Shown here piece after piece: positions 7,101-18,590 of a stretch of DNA of 64,000 nucleotides (its first letter is position 1; the number at the start of each line of letters is the position of its first letter). The stretch is from positions 448,001-512,000 of the forward strand of contig JBGARZ010000001.1 in the NCBI GenBank assembly GCA_044229975.1, read 5' to 3'. Source of the stretch: Polyangiales bacterium (GTDB taxonomy: Bacteria > Myxococcota_A > Polyangia > Polyangiales > Ga0077539). The notes below the pieces were generated by a model that searched no databases, was not told the origin of the DNA, and worked only from the letters and a program-made list of their open reading frames with translations. Position numbers and translations under genes: made by a program.

Positions 7101-7219
7101 ACGTCCGCGGCACCCCGCTGCTCGACGGGCGCTTCATGGTGGTGGGCGGCTACGGGTCGTCGAGCAACTTCCTCACGCGGGTCGAGGCGTACTCGCCAAG
7201 CACCAACGTCTGGCGCTGA
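4187..7219 (+). CDS. Cys-rich repeat lipoprotein with C-terminal Kelch beta-propeller
   Basis: Lipobox LLAAGC, Asp/Ala linker, tandem Cys-rich repeats, then Kelch repeats (DGRVY.YGG...E.YDP.TN.W). Confidence 0.85.
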   Translation: MRTTSTFLFCALLAAGCSPNAVSLPSSDTGAADLPVTSDVTITPDDAATFDAPAFDTMAPDDASPDDGSSGDGGAAVDAPDVVVVPTACRSSRECVGNGVCDPVARVCVQCVSAAQCAGATPVCESNRCVAATACASSRMCPGRVCDIALSRCVDCVVNADCADGSVCVRSNCLPAPTPCTSSRMCGATDQVCDASRGYCVDCVIDADCGLTEFCTAERTCSPRVCTPGAVDCAALRLRRTCNTNGSGWNEVACSGSSSCLAGQCQPWVCTPGSADCSSLRERRTCNPDGLGYSASACGATESCVGGTCRGWTCTPNASTCASSTAVSICNADGLGTRNSACPSGASCADGRCSSWVCTPGTASCDPSGARRTCNSDGLGYTPAPCVAPAHAATTTCTGGACTFTCESGWGNCDGASSNGCETDLSGSASHCGACGRTCSSTAGASSACVAGSCQVTCLPNFGDCDANPSNGCETSTTSDARHCGACGAMCAARPNSVASCTVGRCAYVCLSGFGDCDGDASNGCERALTADVAHCGRCNNACPTGANAQATCNAGSCTFACQSGFASCDGNNANGCEVSSATDLMNCGACGRQCAPANATGVCAAGACSVGACASGFGNCDAVATNGCETNLNTSTSNCGACGTVCPGVGTANTTVTCTATVCGSTCATGFGDCDGLTSNGCEANLASDARNCGACGTACPAGQTCVARVCGAAAPGSLIAARYGQGLATATDGRVYTYGGYSGNSISSTEMYDPATNAWSSRAPLPTAQRWNAGVALTDGRVLSIGGVNSVGTTVSTVYAYNPATDVWTTVAPMLTARHAAAAATGLDGRVYVFGGRGASANIASAEVYDPVANGWSPVAVPPTTRAAAGAVTAADGRIYVFGGTTNTSSTGATTVVEIYTPSTGTWQTGPSLPSVRAYFASGRGTDGRMYLAGGYVNSDTIGTAVAFTPGAGATGTYTTLPGMNIEHGYVRGTPLLDGRFMVVGGYGSSSNFLTRVEAYSPSTNVWR
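5411..6290 (+). repeat. six intragenic Cys-rich repeats (G.CD....NGCE.......(H/N)CG.C)
   Basis: Recurrent AACGGCTGCGAG-like DNA about every 170-175 nt; boundaries approximate. Confidence 0.75.
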
Positions 7220-7238
7220 GGGAAGTCGAAGCGGGAGG

Positions 7239-8231
7239 TCAGTGCGAGCAGGGCGACGAGCCCGCGCACGGGGCCGACGCCGCCGACGGGTCACACGCGC
7301 CGGGGCACCACGCCGCGCGCGCGACGATGGCCACCTGGGCGCACGAGATGAGCATCAGGCCCGCGATGCCCGCGAGCACCGTGCGGCCGAGGCCGCGACG
7401 CACCAGCGCGAGGTCGCCCGGCACCACCGCCACGTCCTCGTAGGTCGACTGCGTGCGGAAGGGCGCGGTCACCGCCTGCGCCGTGGCGGACGGACGCACC
7501 AGCACGTGGTCGAGCACGGGAGCCCACACCACCGCGCCCGCGGCGTCGTGCTGGGACTCGCGCGGCGCGAGGACGAGCGAGCCGTCCTTCACGGCGTGTT
7601 CGAAGCGCGAGAGCCGGGCGGCGCGGAGCGTGGCCGCGAGGGTGAGCACCGAGGCGAACACCGTGATGCCCACCGAGGCGGCGTGCAGGACGTCGATGCG
7701 GTACTGCCAACCCGCGAAGCCGGCGGACACGCCGAGCAGCGTCGCGGCCTCGATGGTGAGGCGCTCGTAGCTGTTGGCCGACGGGGCGGTGAGGGCCGCG
7801 CGCGCCCGCAGCGACCACAGCCCGAAGAGCGCGCCGAACCCGAGGCCCACCGCGAGCCCGTACCAGACGCCGTACGCCGTCGCGATCGGCAGGAAGCGCG
7901 GGAGCGAGAAGCCCGCGCTCGACACCACGGCGACGGAGACCACCGCGCCGCCGATCGCGCCCACGAGCAACGAGCGGCTGATGGTGGCGGCCACACCGCG
8001 CGCCGCGGAGGCTTCGGCGTTGACGGCGACGCGCGCCACGAGCGCGCCGCAGAGGGCGCCCAGGACGAGCGTGGGGAGCCACCCGAAGGGCGCGGCGTGC
8101 TCGGCGCCCACCCACTGGAACATCAGCGGCGTGAGCAGCGCCCCGAGCGACGCGAAGAGGATGCGCGTGCCCCGGAGGACGGAGGCCGCGTGGACGGTGC
8201 GGAGGGGGAGCGGGAAGTCGGTGGCGTCCAT
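7239..8231 (-). CDS. hypothetical multi-pass membrane protein
   Basis: 330 aa, several hydrophobic helices, downstream of rodA. Confidence 0.65.
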   Translation of the reverse strand: MDATDFPLPLRTVHAASVLRGTRILFASLGALLTPLMFQWVGAEHAAPFGWLPTLVLGALCGALVARVAVNAEASAARGVAATISRSLLVGAIGGAVVSVAVVSSAGFSLPRFLPIATAYGVWYGLAVGLGFGALFGLWSLRARAALTAPSANSYERLTIEAATLLGVSAGFAGWQYRIDVLHAASVGITVFASVLTLAATLRAARLSRFEHAVKDGSLVLAPRESQHDAAGAVVWAPVLDHVLVRPSATAQAVTAPFRTQSTYEDVAVVPGDLALVRRGLGRTVLAGIAGLMLISCAQVAIVARAAWCPGACDPSAASAPCAGSSPCSH

Positions 8232-8280
8232 AGGGGAGCGAGCATGAACCCGCCGCCCCGGGGATTCCAGCCCCCGCCCG

Positions 8281-9390
8281 TTACAAAGCCCGGCGGCGCA
8301 TGGAGACGTTCATGAGGAGGCCGACCCCGATGAGGATGGCCAGCACGCTCGACCCGCCGTACGAGAAGAACGGGAGCGTGACGCCCACCACGGGGAGGCT
8401 GCGCGTGACCATCCCGACGTTGAACACCACGTGCCAGAAGAACAGGGCCGCGACCCCGACGGCGATGGCGGCGCCGAAGCGGTCCTTGGCGAGCGAGGCG
8501 ATGCGCAGGGCCCAGAGGATGAGGAAGAGGTAGAGCGCCAGCACGAGGGCGGCCCCGAAGAAGCCCTGCTCCTGCGCCCACACCGGGAAGGGGAAGTCGG
8601 TGTACGTGTCGGGGAGAAACTTGTGCTGGTTCTGCGTGCCCTGCATGAACCCCTGGCCCGTCCAGCGACCGCTGCCGATGGCCACCATGCTCTGGTGCGC
8701 CTGCCAGCCGGTGCCCTGCACGTCGACCGACTCGCTCATGAAGGAGGTGAGGCGCTCCTTCTGGTACTGCTTCATGCCGTAGAGCCAGAGGAGCGTTCCG
8801 CCGACGCCGCCGCCCACCACCAGCACGGCGACGCTGCGCCACTTCACGCGCACGAGTGTCAGGGTGCTGACCGCGACGAGGCCCACGATGAGCGCGGTGC
8901 CCAGGTCGGGCTGCGCCATGATGAGCCCGAGCGGCAGGGCGATGAGGGCGCCCGGCGCGATGAGGTCGCGGAGGGTCCACGCCTCGGCGCGGTGGTCGCG
9001 GTGGATGTAGCGCGCGACGGCCAGCATGAGCGAGAGCTTCACGAACTCGCTCGGCTGGAAGAGGAAGCTCCCGATCTGTATCCAGCGGTGCGTCCCGCGG
9101 ATGCTCGCGCCCAGCAGGAACACCAGCACCAGCGCCACGATGGACCCGATGTACGCGCCGTACGCGTAGCGCTCGTAGACCTTGTAATCGATGGCGGCGA
9201 CGATGACCGCGACGCCGCCGCCGAGGGCGAGCCAGTAGATCTGCTGGATGTACAGCTCGGAGCGCGCCCCGGTGAGCGGGCTCGTGGCCGAGTAGAGGTT
9301 CACCACCCCCAGCGTCGCGATGACGCACACCACGAGAAACAACCCCCAGTCGAAGTCGTCGCGCAGCCGGTGCTGGATCGTTCGGGCCAT
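8281..9390 (-). CDS. rodA: rod shape-determining protein RodA (SEDS)
   Basis: RWI..G...[25 protein letters not shown] motifs; mre operon context. Confidence 0.95.
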   Translation of the reverse strand: MARTIQHRLRDDFDWGLFLVVCVIATLGVVNLYSATSPLTGARSELYIQQIYWLALGGGVAVIVAAIDYKVYERYAYGAYIGSIVALVLVFLLGASIRGTHRWIQIGSFLFQPSEFVKLSLMLAVARYIHRDHRAEAWTLRDLIAPGALIALPLGLIMAQPDLGTALIVGLVAVSTLTLVRVKWRSVAVLVVGGGVGGTLLWLYGMKQYQKERLTSFMSESVDVQGTGWQAHQSMVAIGSGRWTGQGFMQGTQNQHKFLPDTYTDFPFPVWAQEQGFFGAALVLALYLFLILWALRIASLAKDRFGAAIAVGVAALFFWHVVFNVGMVTRSLPVVGVTLPFFSYGGSSVLAILIGVGLLMNVSMRRRAL

Positions 9391-9393
9391 CGC

Positions 9394-11304
9394 CTAGCGC
9401 CTCGGCTGGTGCGCGCGCCACGTCGCCACCGAGGGGATGGGCGCGCCCGGCCGGATGCGCGTGAAGTACTCGCGCACCACCTGGGTCATGAGCGGCGCCG
9501 CCTCGTGGCCGCCCGACCCGCCGTGCTCGACGAGAAACACCAGGGCGATCTCGGGGTTGTTGGCCGGCGCGAAGCCCGCGAACCACGCGTGGTCGCGCTG
9601 CGTCGACCAGTTGCGCCGCGGGTCGGTGGGGTCGCGCACGATGCGCGACACCTGCGCGGTGCCCGTCTTGCCGGCGATGTCGACCTCGGCGATCTGGGCC
9701 GAGTGGGCGGTGCCGTGGAGTTCGGCGATGACGCCGGCGAGCCCGCTGTTGATCATCGCGAGGTTCGCCGGGGTCACGCGCACCTGCCGACGGACGGTGG
9801 GCGGAAAGCTCTGGATGACGGCGCCGTCGGGGCCTTCGACGCGAGAGACGAGCTGCGGGACGAAGAGCGTTCCGCCGTTGGCGAGGGCGGCGTAGGCCAT
9901 GGCGAGCTGGAGCACCGTGACGCGCACGTTGCCCTGCCCGATGGCGGTGTTGAGCGTGTGGCCGGTGCGAAACTGGCCCGGGAAATTCTCCGCGTACCAG
10001 CGGTGGTCAGGGATGACGCCGGGCGTCTCCTGATTGATGCCGATGCCCGACCGGCTACCGAGACCGAACTGCCTGGCCATGTTGGCGATGGGGTCCAGCC
10101 CGATGGCCTGGGCGAGCGTGTAGAAGTACACGTTGCACGACTCGGCGATGGCGCGGTGCAGGCTCACCGGCCCGTGCACGTGCTTGCAGCGGAAGGGGCG
10201 GCTCCCGCGCCCGCGCCCGAGCACGATGCGCCCGGTGCAGTTGACCTGCGAGTTGGCGTCGATGAGCTGGGCTTCGAGGCCCGCGAGCGCCGTGAAGGGC
10301 TTGAAGGTCGAGCCCGGGAAGTAGCTCTCGTAGATGGTCTTGTCGATGCGTGGTCGGTAGGGGTTCTCGTCGATCTCGCGGTTGAGCAGCGCCGAGAGGC
10401 CCATGGTGATGCTGTTGGGGTCGATGCTGGGCTTGGAGTACAGCGCCAGCACCCGACCGGTGCGCACCTCCACCACCGCCGCGGCGCCGCTCGGCTTGCC
10501 GCGAAACACCCGATCGATGGCGCGCATGAGCTCCATGTCGAGGGTGAGCACGAGGTCCCTGCCCGGCACCGGGTCGCGGTGCATCCCGGGCCGCGCGCGC
10601 ATCAGGGCGCTGATGGGCGTCGACATGTAACGGTGGTCGCGCCGCTCGAAGCCCCTCCGTCCACGGAGGATGGACTCCCACGCCTGCTCTAGACCCGAGC
10701 GCCCGATGCGCTCGCCCGCGCGGTAGTCGCGCCCGGCGAACTCCGTGAGGTCGTCGGCGTTGACCTCGTTGAGGAAGCCCAGCGCGTGCGCCGCGAGGCC
10801 GTCGAAGGGGTACTGCCGCACGGGGGTCGCGATGACCGACACGCCCCGCAGCTCGGCGCGGTGCGTCTCGATGAGCGCGAGCGACTCGCGGTCGATGTCG
10901 GCGCGCGCGAGCATGTGCTGGAAGCGCCGCGGGCCCTCGGCGTTGCGCATGCGCGCTTCGAGTCGGTCGCGCTCGTCGCGGCTCAGGCCGATGTAGTCGG
11001 CGAAGCGCGCGAAGCCCTCCAGGCGAAACTGCCCCGGGATGACGTACACGTTGTACGCGGGTCGGTTGGCGGCGATGACCCGGCCGCGCGAGTCGCGGAT
11101 CATGCCGCGCGTCGAGGGCAGGTCGACGCGGCGCAGGACGTTGTCCTCGGCGATCTGCTGCCAGCGGGCGTTGTCGACGATCTGCACGTAGAAGAGCCGC
11201 CCGAGCAGCAGCAGCACCCCGACGAACACCACCGCGCTCATCACGCGCACGCGCTCGCGCACCTCGCCGAGCCCGGCCTTCTGCCCGAGGTCGATGGCCG
11301 CCAT
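9394..11304 (-). CDS. mrdA: penicillin-binding protein 2
   Basis: PGSTFK, SCN and KTGTAQ motifs; start MAAIDLG coupled to the mreD stop. Confidence 0.95.
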   Translation of the reverse strand: MAAIDLGQKAGLGEVRERVRVMSAVVFVGVLLLLGRLFYVQIVDNARWQQIAEDNVLRRVDLPSTRGMIRDSRGRVIAANRPAYNVYVIPGQFRLEGFARFADYIGLSRDERDRLEARMRNAEGPRRFQHMLARADIDRESLALIETHRAELRGVSVIATPVRQYPFDGLAAHALGFLNEVNADDLTEFAGRDYRAGERIGRSGLEQAWESILRGRRGFERRDHRYMSTPISALMRARPGMHRDPVPGRDLVLTLDMELMRAIDRVFRGKPSGAAAVVEVRTGRVLALYSKPSIDPNSITMGLSALLNREIDENPYRPRIDKTIYESYFPGSTFKPFTALAGLEAQLIDANSQVNCTGRIVLGRGRGSRPFRCKHVHGPVSLHRAIAESCNVYFYTLAQAIGLDPIANMARQFGLGSRSGIGINQETPGVIPDHRWYAENFPGQFRTGHTLNTAIGQGNVRVTVLQLAMAYAALANGGTLFVPQLVSRVEGPDGAVIQSFPPTVRRQVRVTPANLAMINSGLAGVIAELHGTAHSAQIAEVDIAGKTGTAQVSRIVRDPTDPRRNWSTQRDHAWFAGFAPANNPEIALVFLVEHGGSGGHEAAPLMTQVVREYFTRIRPGAPIPSVATWRAHQPRR

Positions 11305-11807
11305 CAGCTCGCCTCCTCGACGCGCGGCGCCGTGCCCGGCAGCGCCTGCGCGAAGCGAAACACCAGCGGCGCGAAGAGGGCCGTGGCGACCGCCTGCGAG
11401 GCGACGGTGGCAAGCGCCGGGAGCAGCGCGAGCACGCGACGGTCGAAGACCAGGAGCAGGCCCATCATCCCGACGCCCGCGACGCACGACGCCACGAAGG
11501 TGAGCACCATCTGAAACACCACCCCGTGCAGAAACAGCTTGAGCCCCGCGACGCGCGCGAGGAGGAAGACGCTGACGAGGGTGAAGGTCCAGAGCCCGAG
11601 CGAGCCGCCCGAGAAGAGGTCGGTGAGGTAGCCGAGGACGAAGGCCACCGACACGCCGCGCGCGAGGGAGAACTCGCCGACGGACATGTAGAGCACCATC
11701 GGGAGCACGAGCGACGGCGTCAGGCGGTCCCAGCGGAGAACCAGCCCGAGGGCGGTCTGCGCCATCAAGAGCAGCACGCCCGCCATGAGCAACGCGGCGT
11801 TGCGCAC
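11304..11807 (-). CDS. mreD: rod shape-determining protein MreD
   Basis: Hydrophobic about 167-aa ORF with GYLTDLFSG, between mreC and mrdA. Confidence 0.85.
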   Translation of the reverse strand: MRNAALLMAGVLLLMAQTALGLVLRWDRLTPSLVLPMVLYMSVGEFSLARGVSVAFVLGYLTDLFSGGSLGLWTFTLVSVFLLARVAGLKLFLHGVVFQMVLTFVASCVAGVGMMGLLLVFDRRVLALLPALATVASQAVATALFAPLVFRFAQALPGTAPRVEEAS

Positions 11808-11809
11808 GG

Positions 11810-12715
11810 TCAGTTGCCTCCCCGCGTCTCCGCCCGGCGCGGGCGGGCGGTGGTGCCTCCGCCCGGTCGGCAGCCCGGCCGATCGACGGCCTCGGAGGCC
11901 AGCACCAGCACCTCCGAGAGGCGTGAGAAGTCCACCGCGGGCGCGAGCTCGACCTCCTGGTAGAGCCCGAACTCCCGCCGCGTCACCGCCGCGACGCGCC
12001 CCACCAGAAGCTCGGCCGGGAAGCGACACCCGAGCCCCGAGGTCACCACCTCGTCGCCCACGCGCACGTCGTCGGTGCGCTGGAGGTACTCGACCTTCGC
12101 CGCGTAGCGGTCGTTTTCGCCGGTGCCACGCACGATGCCGCGCGCGCCCGTGCGACGGATCATCACGTCGACGGCGCTGCGCGAGTCGACGCTCATGAGC
12201 ACGTCGGCGTAGTCGCCGAACACCCGCGACACCTGCCCCACCAGCCCGTCCGGCGTGATGACCGGCTGACCTGCGCGCAGGCGCGTTCGGTCTTGCGAGG
12301 TGATCGCGAGGCGCGTGACGCGGAAGAACGGCGATGTGTCCCGCGCGATGACCTCCGCGGCGTAGGTCTCACCCGGCGTCTGGGACCGGAGCTGGAGCAG
12401 CCGCTCCAACTGCCTCACATGCGCGAACTCGCTCTGGTGCCGCGCGGCCTCCGCCTTCAGCCGGGCGTTTTCCGCCGTGAGCCGGTCGTTGTCGCGCTTC
12501 ACGCGCACCAGATAGATGTAGTCGCTCCAGATCTCGGCCGCACCGCGCACCGGCTGGTCGATGAGGTTCTGCAGCGTCGCCACCACTGGCAGCAGCAGCC
12601 GGTCGAACTCGTCGTACCGCGTCGGGTCCTTCATCGTCGTGCGCAGGAAGAAGAAGGGGATGCTCCCCAACACCACGCACAGCAACGCGTCCCGATATCT
12701 CCGCCAGAGGTTCAT
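11810..12715 (-). CDS. mreC: rod shape-determining protein MreC
   Basis: TM plus coiled coil, GLVGQV, GDEVVTSGLG..FP. Confidence 0.93.
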   Translation of the reverse strand: MNLWRRYRDALLCVVLGSIPFFFLRTTMKDPTRYDEFDRLLLPVVATLQNLIDQPVRGAAEIWSDYIYLVRVKRDNDRLTAENARLKAEAARHQSEFAHVRQLERLLQLRSQTPGETYAAEVIARDTSPFFRVTRLAITSQDRTRLRAGQPVITPDGLVGQVSRVFGDYADVLMSVDSRSAVDVMIRRTGARGIVRGTGENDRYAAKVEYLQRTDDVRVGDEVVTSGLGCRFPAELLVGRVAAVTRREFGLYQEVELAPAVDFSRLSEVLVLASEAVDRPGCRPGGGTTARPRRAETRGGN

Positions 12716-12741
12716 CGGGATTGTTCAGTGGACCGGGGCTC

Positions 12742-15007
<2,266 letters not shown>

Positions 15008-15089
15008 GGATAGGCTCTGCTCTTCAAGGGATCACGAGTCGGGTGGCGCCATCAACCACCCATGTCGGACTGTCAGCCACTTCGGACGC

Positions 15090-15995
15090 TCAACCGCGCA
15101 CCGCGCGAAGCAGCGACGCGCCCACCTCGCGACCCAGGGCGCGCGCCCCGGCCGCGTCACGCACCTCGGCCCGCGACGTGGTCTGCGCCGTTCGCTCGCC
15201 GGCCGGGTCGGCGAAGAATCCCTCCAGGGTCAGCACCGCGGAAGCGATGTCGTACCGACCGAGGGCGCCCAGCGGCGTGCCGCAATCGCCCGACAACGCA
15301 CCGAGCACCGCGCGCTCGGCCTCGGTCTCCAAAGCCGTCACCTCGTCGTGCAGCAGCCCGACGATGGACCGCGCCGCGGCGTCGCCCTCGCGCGTCTGCA
15401 ACGCCAGCGCGCCCTGCGCCACCGCGGGCACCATCACTCCCGTCAGCAGCACCCGCGGCGGTGAGAGCCCTAGCCGCCGGATGCCCGCCTCGGCCAGGAT
15501 GATCGCGTCGAAGTCCCCCGCTTCCAGCCGCCGCAGCCGCGTGTCGACGTTGCCTCGCAACAGCACCACCTCCAGGTCGGGCCGTCGGGCCTTCACCGCG
15601 CGGGACCGCCGCAGCGAGCTGGTGCCGAGCCGCGCCCCCTGCGGCAGCGCGTCGAGCGCGAGGCCCTCCCGCGTCACCAGCGCGTCCCACGGGCTCTCCC
15701 GCTTCGGAACGGCCGCCAGCACCAGCCCCGCGGCCATCTCCGCGGGCAGGTCTTTCATCGAGTGCACCGCGAGGTCGGCCCGCCTGTCGAGCAGCGCCTC
15801 CTCGATCTCGCGCACGAAGAGCCCCTTGCCCCCGACCTCCGAGAGCGCGCGGTCGAGCACCCGGTCGCCCTGGGTCACCACCTGCACCTCCTCCACCCGG
15901 AGCCCGCTTACCTTCTCCTGTAAGAGCCGCCCCACCTGCCGGCTCTGCGCCAGCGCCAGGGCGCTCTTCCGGGTGGCCAGCCGAAGCATCGTCAT
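15090..15995 (-). CDS. hemC: hydroxymethylbilane synthase
   Basis: ATRKSALALAQ, GGKGLFV, AVHSMKD, RGNVDTRL. Confidence 0.96.
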   Translation of the reverse strand: MTMLRLATRKSALALAQSRQVGRLLQEKVSGLRVEEVQVVTQGDRVLDRALSEVGGKGLFVREIEEALLDRRADLAVHSMKDLPAEMAAGLVLAAVPKRESPWDALVTREGLALDALPQGARLGTSSLRRSRAVKARRPDLEVVLLRGNVDTRLRRLEAGDFDAIILAEAGIRRLGLSPPRVLLTGVMVPAVAQGALALQTREGDAAARSIVGLLHDEVTALETEAERAVLGALSGDCGTPLGALGRYDIASAVLTLEGFFADPAGERTAQTTSRAEVRDAAGARALGREVGASLLRAVRG

Positions 15996-17299
15996 CGTCC
16001 GTTTCCCGCCTTCGCCTTGGGCGCCGCCGCGCCGCCCGCCTCGCCATCGAGCGCGAAGAGGCTCCGCGCCGCCTGCATCACCGCGTCGCCCTCGCAGCTC
16101 ACCGCCGCCTCCTTCAGCGCCATCGTGGGCGCGTGCAGCAGCTTGTTGGTGAGCGCGTCGAGCATCGCCTCCAACGCCGCCCGGTCGCCCTCGGGCAGGT
16201 GCCGCAGCCGCCCTCCGAGCGAGCGCTCCAGCTCGGCGGCCGCCGTCTCCTGAAACCGCTGCCGCAGCGCCACGATGGTCGGCCCCGCCCCGCGCAGCGC
16301 CCGCTCCTCCGCGCGAAACGCCGAGAGCTCCTCGGCCACCACCCGCTCGGCCTCGACCGTCGCGAGCGAGCGCCCGTGACCACCCTCGGCCACCGCGCGT
16401 TCGAGGTCGTCGACGTTGTAGAGAAAGACGCTGTCGAGGTCGCCCGCCGCCGGCTCGACGTTGCGCGGCACCGCGATGTCGATGAGGAAGAGCCCCCTGC
16501 CCCGCCGCGCCTTCATCGCCGTCGCCACGTCGTGGCGCGTGAGCAGGTACCCGGTCGCGCCGGTCGAGCACACCACCACGTCGACGTGCTGGAGCAGCAT
16601 CGCGAGGTCGGTGAGCGGGTGCGCCGTCGCGCCGTACTCCCGCGCGAGCGCGTCGGCGCGGTCGAAGCTCCGGTTGGCGATGAGCAGCGAGGCGCCCGCG
16701 TGGGAGAGCGTTCGCGCGGCGCCGAGGGCCATCTTCCCCGCGCCCACCACCAGCACCTTGCGCCCGGCGAGGTCGCCGAAGATGCCGCGCGCGAGGTCGG
16801 CCGCCACGCTCGCCACGGACACCTGCCCCGCCGCGATGCCCGTCTCCGTGCGCACCCGCTTCGCCGTCTGAAACGCCCGCGCCATCATGCGACCGAGCGC
16901 CCCGCGCACGCCGCCTGCTGCGCGCGCCGCGGCCACCGCCTCCTTCACCTGCCCGAGGATCTGCGGCTCGCCCACCACCAGCGAGTCGAGGCTCGCGCAC
17001 ACCCTGAACGCGTGCCGCACCGCCTCCTCGTCGCGGTGCTCGTAGAGCGCCACGCCCGCCCCGCCGCGCGCCGCGAAGTGCCCGCGCAGCGCCAGCGCCA
17101 CCGCGTCGACCTCGTCGCCCGTCGCGTACAGCTCGACCCGGTTGCAGGTCGCCACGACCACGGCCTCGCGCACGCCGTCGAGCGCCAGCACCTCGCGCAC
17201 CGCGTCTTCCAACCCATCGGGCGGAACGGCCAGTCCCTCCCGCGACTCCACCGGCGCCGTCCGGTGGTTGAGCCCGACCACGACCACGCCCGCGCTCAC
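15992..17299 (-). CDS. hemA: glutamyl-tRNA reductase
   Basis: GLNHRTAP, TCNRVE, SLDSLVVGEPQILGQVK, DIAVPR. Confidence 0.96.
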   Translation of the reverse strand: MSAGVVVVGLNHRTAPVESREGLAVPPDGLEDAVREVLALDGVREAVVVATCNRVELYATGDEVDAVALALRGHFAARGGAGVALYEHRDEEAVRHAFRVCASLDSLVVGEPQILGQVKEAVAAARAAGGVRGALGRMMARAFQTAKRVRTETGIAAGQVSVASVAADLARGIFGDLAGRKVLVVGAGKMALGAARTLSHAGASLLIANRSFDRADALAREYGATAHPLTDLAMLLQHVDVVVCSTGATGYLLTRHDVATAMKARRGRGLFLIDIAVPRNVEPAAGDLDSVFLYNVDDLERAVAEGGHGRSLATVEAERVVAEELSAFRAEERALRGAGPTIVALRQRFQETAAAELERSLGGRLRHLPEGDRAALEAMLDALTNKLLHAPTMALKEAAVSCEGDAVMQAARSLFALDGEAGGAAAPKAKAGNGR

Positions 17300-18105
17300 G
17301 GCCCCGCCCCCCGCACCGAGTACCCGACGAGCACCAGCACCGCGGTGGCGTAGCCCACGATGGTCCCGATGGCCGCGCGCCGCCCGCGCCAGCCCGCGAC
17401 CACCCGCAGCACCAGCACCGCCGCGAAGATGGCCCACACGGCGAGCGCGAGATAGTGGCGCCACGACAGGATGGAAACGCCCCGCCCCACCGCCTCTTGC
17501 AGCCCCGCGAAGATGCCCGTCGCGATGCCCAGCGTGAGCGGCGCGAGGCCCAGCACGATGCTGCGGAAGCTCGCCACGTCGAGCACCTCCAACGGAGGCA
17601 ACCGCAAGAACATCCCCCGCAGCCGCTTCTGCCTCACCTCGCGCTCTTGAAGGAGGTAGGCCGCCGCGAGCGCGAAGGCCACGGTGAACGCCGCCGTCCC
17701 CAGGATGGTCGACCCCACGTGCAACCCGAGCAGCGCCCCGCTGAGCGGCATCGTGGGCCGCGCGTTGACCCCGAGGGACGCCAGCAGCATGAGCAGCGCG
17801 AGCGGCGACACGAAGGCCCCGAGCGCGTCGAGTCGACGACCCAACCAGCGCAACCCGAAGGCCACGGCCGCGACCAGCAGCGCCAGGGTCGAGAGCCCTT
17901 CATGCAGCCCCGCGAAGGGACCGTGCCCGCTCGCCACCCAGCGCCCGATGTCATGCGCGAGGTGCGTCGCGACCGCCCCGCCCAACGCCAGCGTCGCGAC
18001 CTGTTGCGAGCGCTGCGCCGACCCGACGCCCACGAGGTGGGCGAGCATCAGCACGGCCGCGATGAGGTAGAGCAGCGCCGCCGCCGCGAAGAGACCGACC
18101 AGCAT
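17296..18105 (-). CDS. ccsA: cytochrome c biogenesis CcsA/HemX-like membrane protein
   Basis: Multi-TM, HV...., LPPLEVLD, GWRGRRAA; coupled to hemA as in other Deltaproteobacteria. Confidence 0.8.
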   Translation of the reverse strand: MLVGLFAAAALLYLIAAVLMLAHLVGVGSAQRSQQVATLALGGAVATHLAHDIGRWVASGHGPFAGLHEGLSTLALLVAAVAFGLRWLGRRLDALGAFVSPLALLMLLASLGVNARPTMPLSGALLGLHVGSTILGTAAFTVAFALAAAYLLQEREVRQKRLRGMFLRLPPLEVLDVASFRSIVLGLAPLTLGIATGIFAGLQEAVGRGVSILSWRHYLALAVWAIFAAVLVLRVVAGWRGRRAAIGTIVGYATAVLVLVGYSVRGAGP

Positions 18106-18111
18106 GAACCG

Positions 18112-18546
18112 CTACTTCACGTTGTTGAGGAAGAAGGCCTGGAGCGCGACGATGGTCTGCCGCTGCTGCTTCTGGGCCTCGGGCGGGGGCTTCGCCTCGG
18201 CCTCGGGGATGGTGATCTCCTTGGTGTGCTCGCTCACGCCGCTCGCGGGCATCGGGCGGCCGACGAAGCCCTGCTGCACCTCGTAGGCGAGCTCGCCCAG
18301 CACCACCGAGTCGGACATGTGCTCGCCCCCCATGGCCGCGAGCTGCTCCATGTCCTTCACGCAGCCGACGAGCGAGGTCGCGTCTTCGCCCCCGGAGACC
18401 TCGGACAGGAAGCGCAGACCCTCGCGGAGCTGAAACCGGCGGTTGCCGACCTTGTCGGTGAGCACGTCACCCTGGATGTCGGCGCGGCCCTCGCTGATCC
18501 AGGCGTCGAGGGACTCCTGCGAGAGGAAGAGTCGGCTGGGGTTCAT
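18112..18546 (-). CDS. hypothetical protein
   Basis: 144 aa with typical codon bias, between pdhC and ccsA. Confidence 0.75.
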   Translation of the reverse strand: MNPSRLFLSQESLDAWISEGRADIQGDVLTDKVGNRRFQLREGLRFLSEVSGGEDATSLVGCVKDMEQLAAMGGEHMSDSVVLGELAYEVQQGFVGRPMPASGVSEHTKEITIPEAEAKPPPEAQKQQRQTIVALQAFFLNNVK

Positions 18547-18590
18547 GGGGTTCGACGATACTCCTCACGCGCCCGGCGGGCACGCGACGA

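Noticed and set aside
4085..7294. 1069-aa minus-strand ORF
   Set aside because: GC-rich shadow of the Cys-rich/Kelch gene, with low-complexity R/G/A content.
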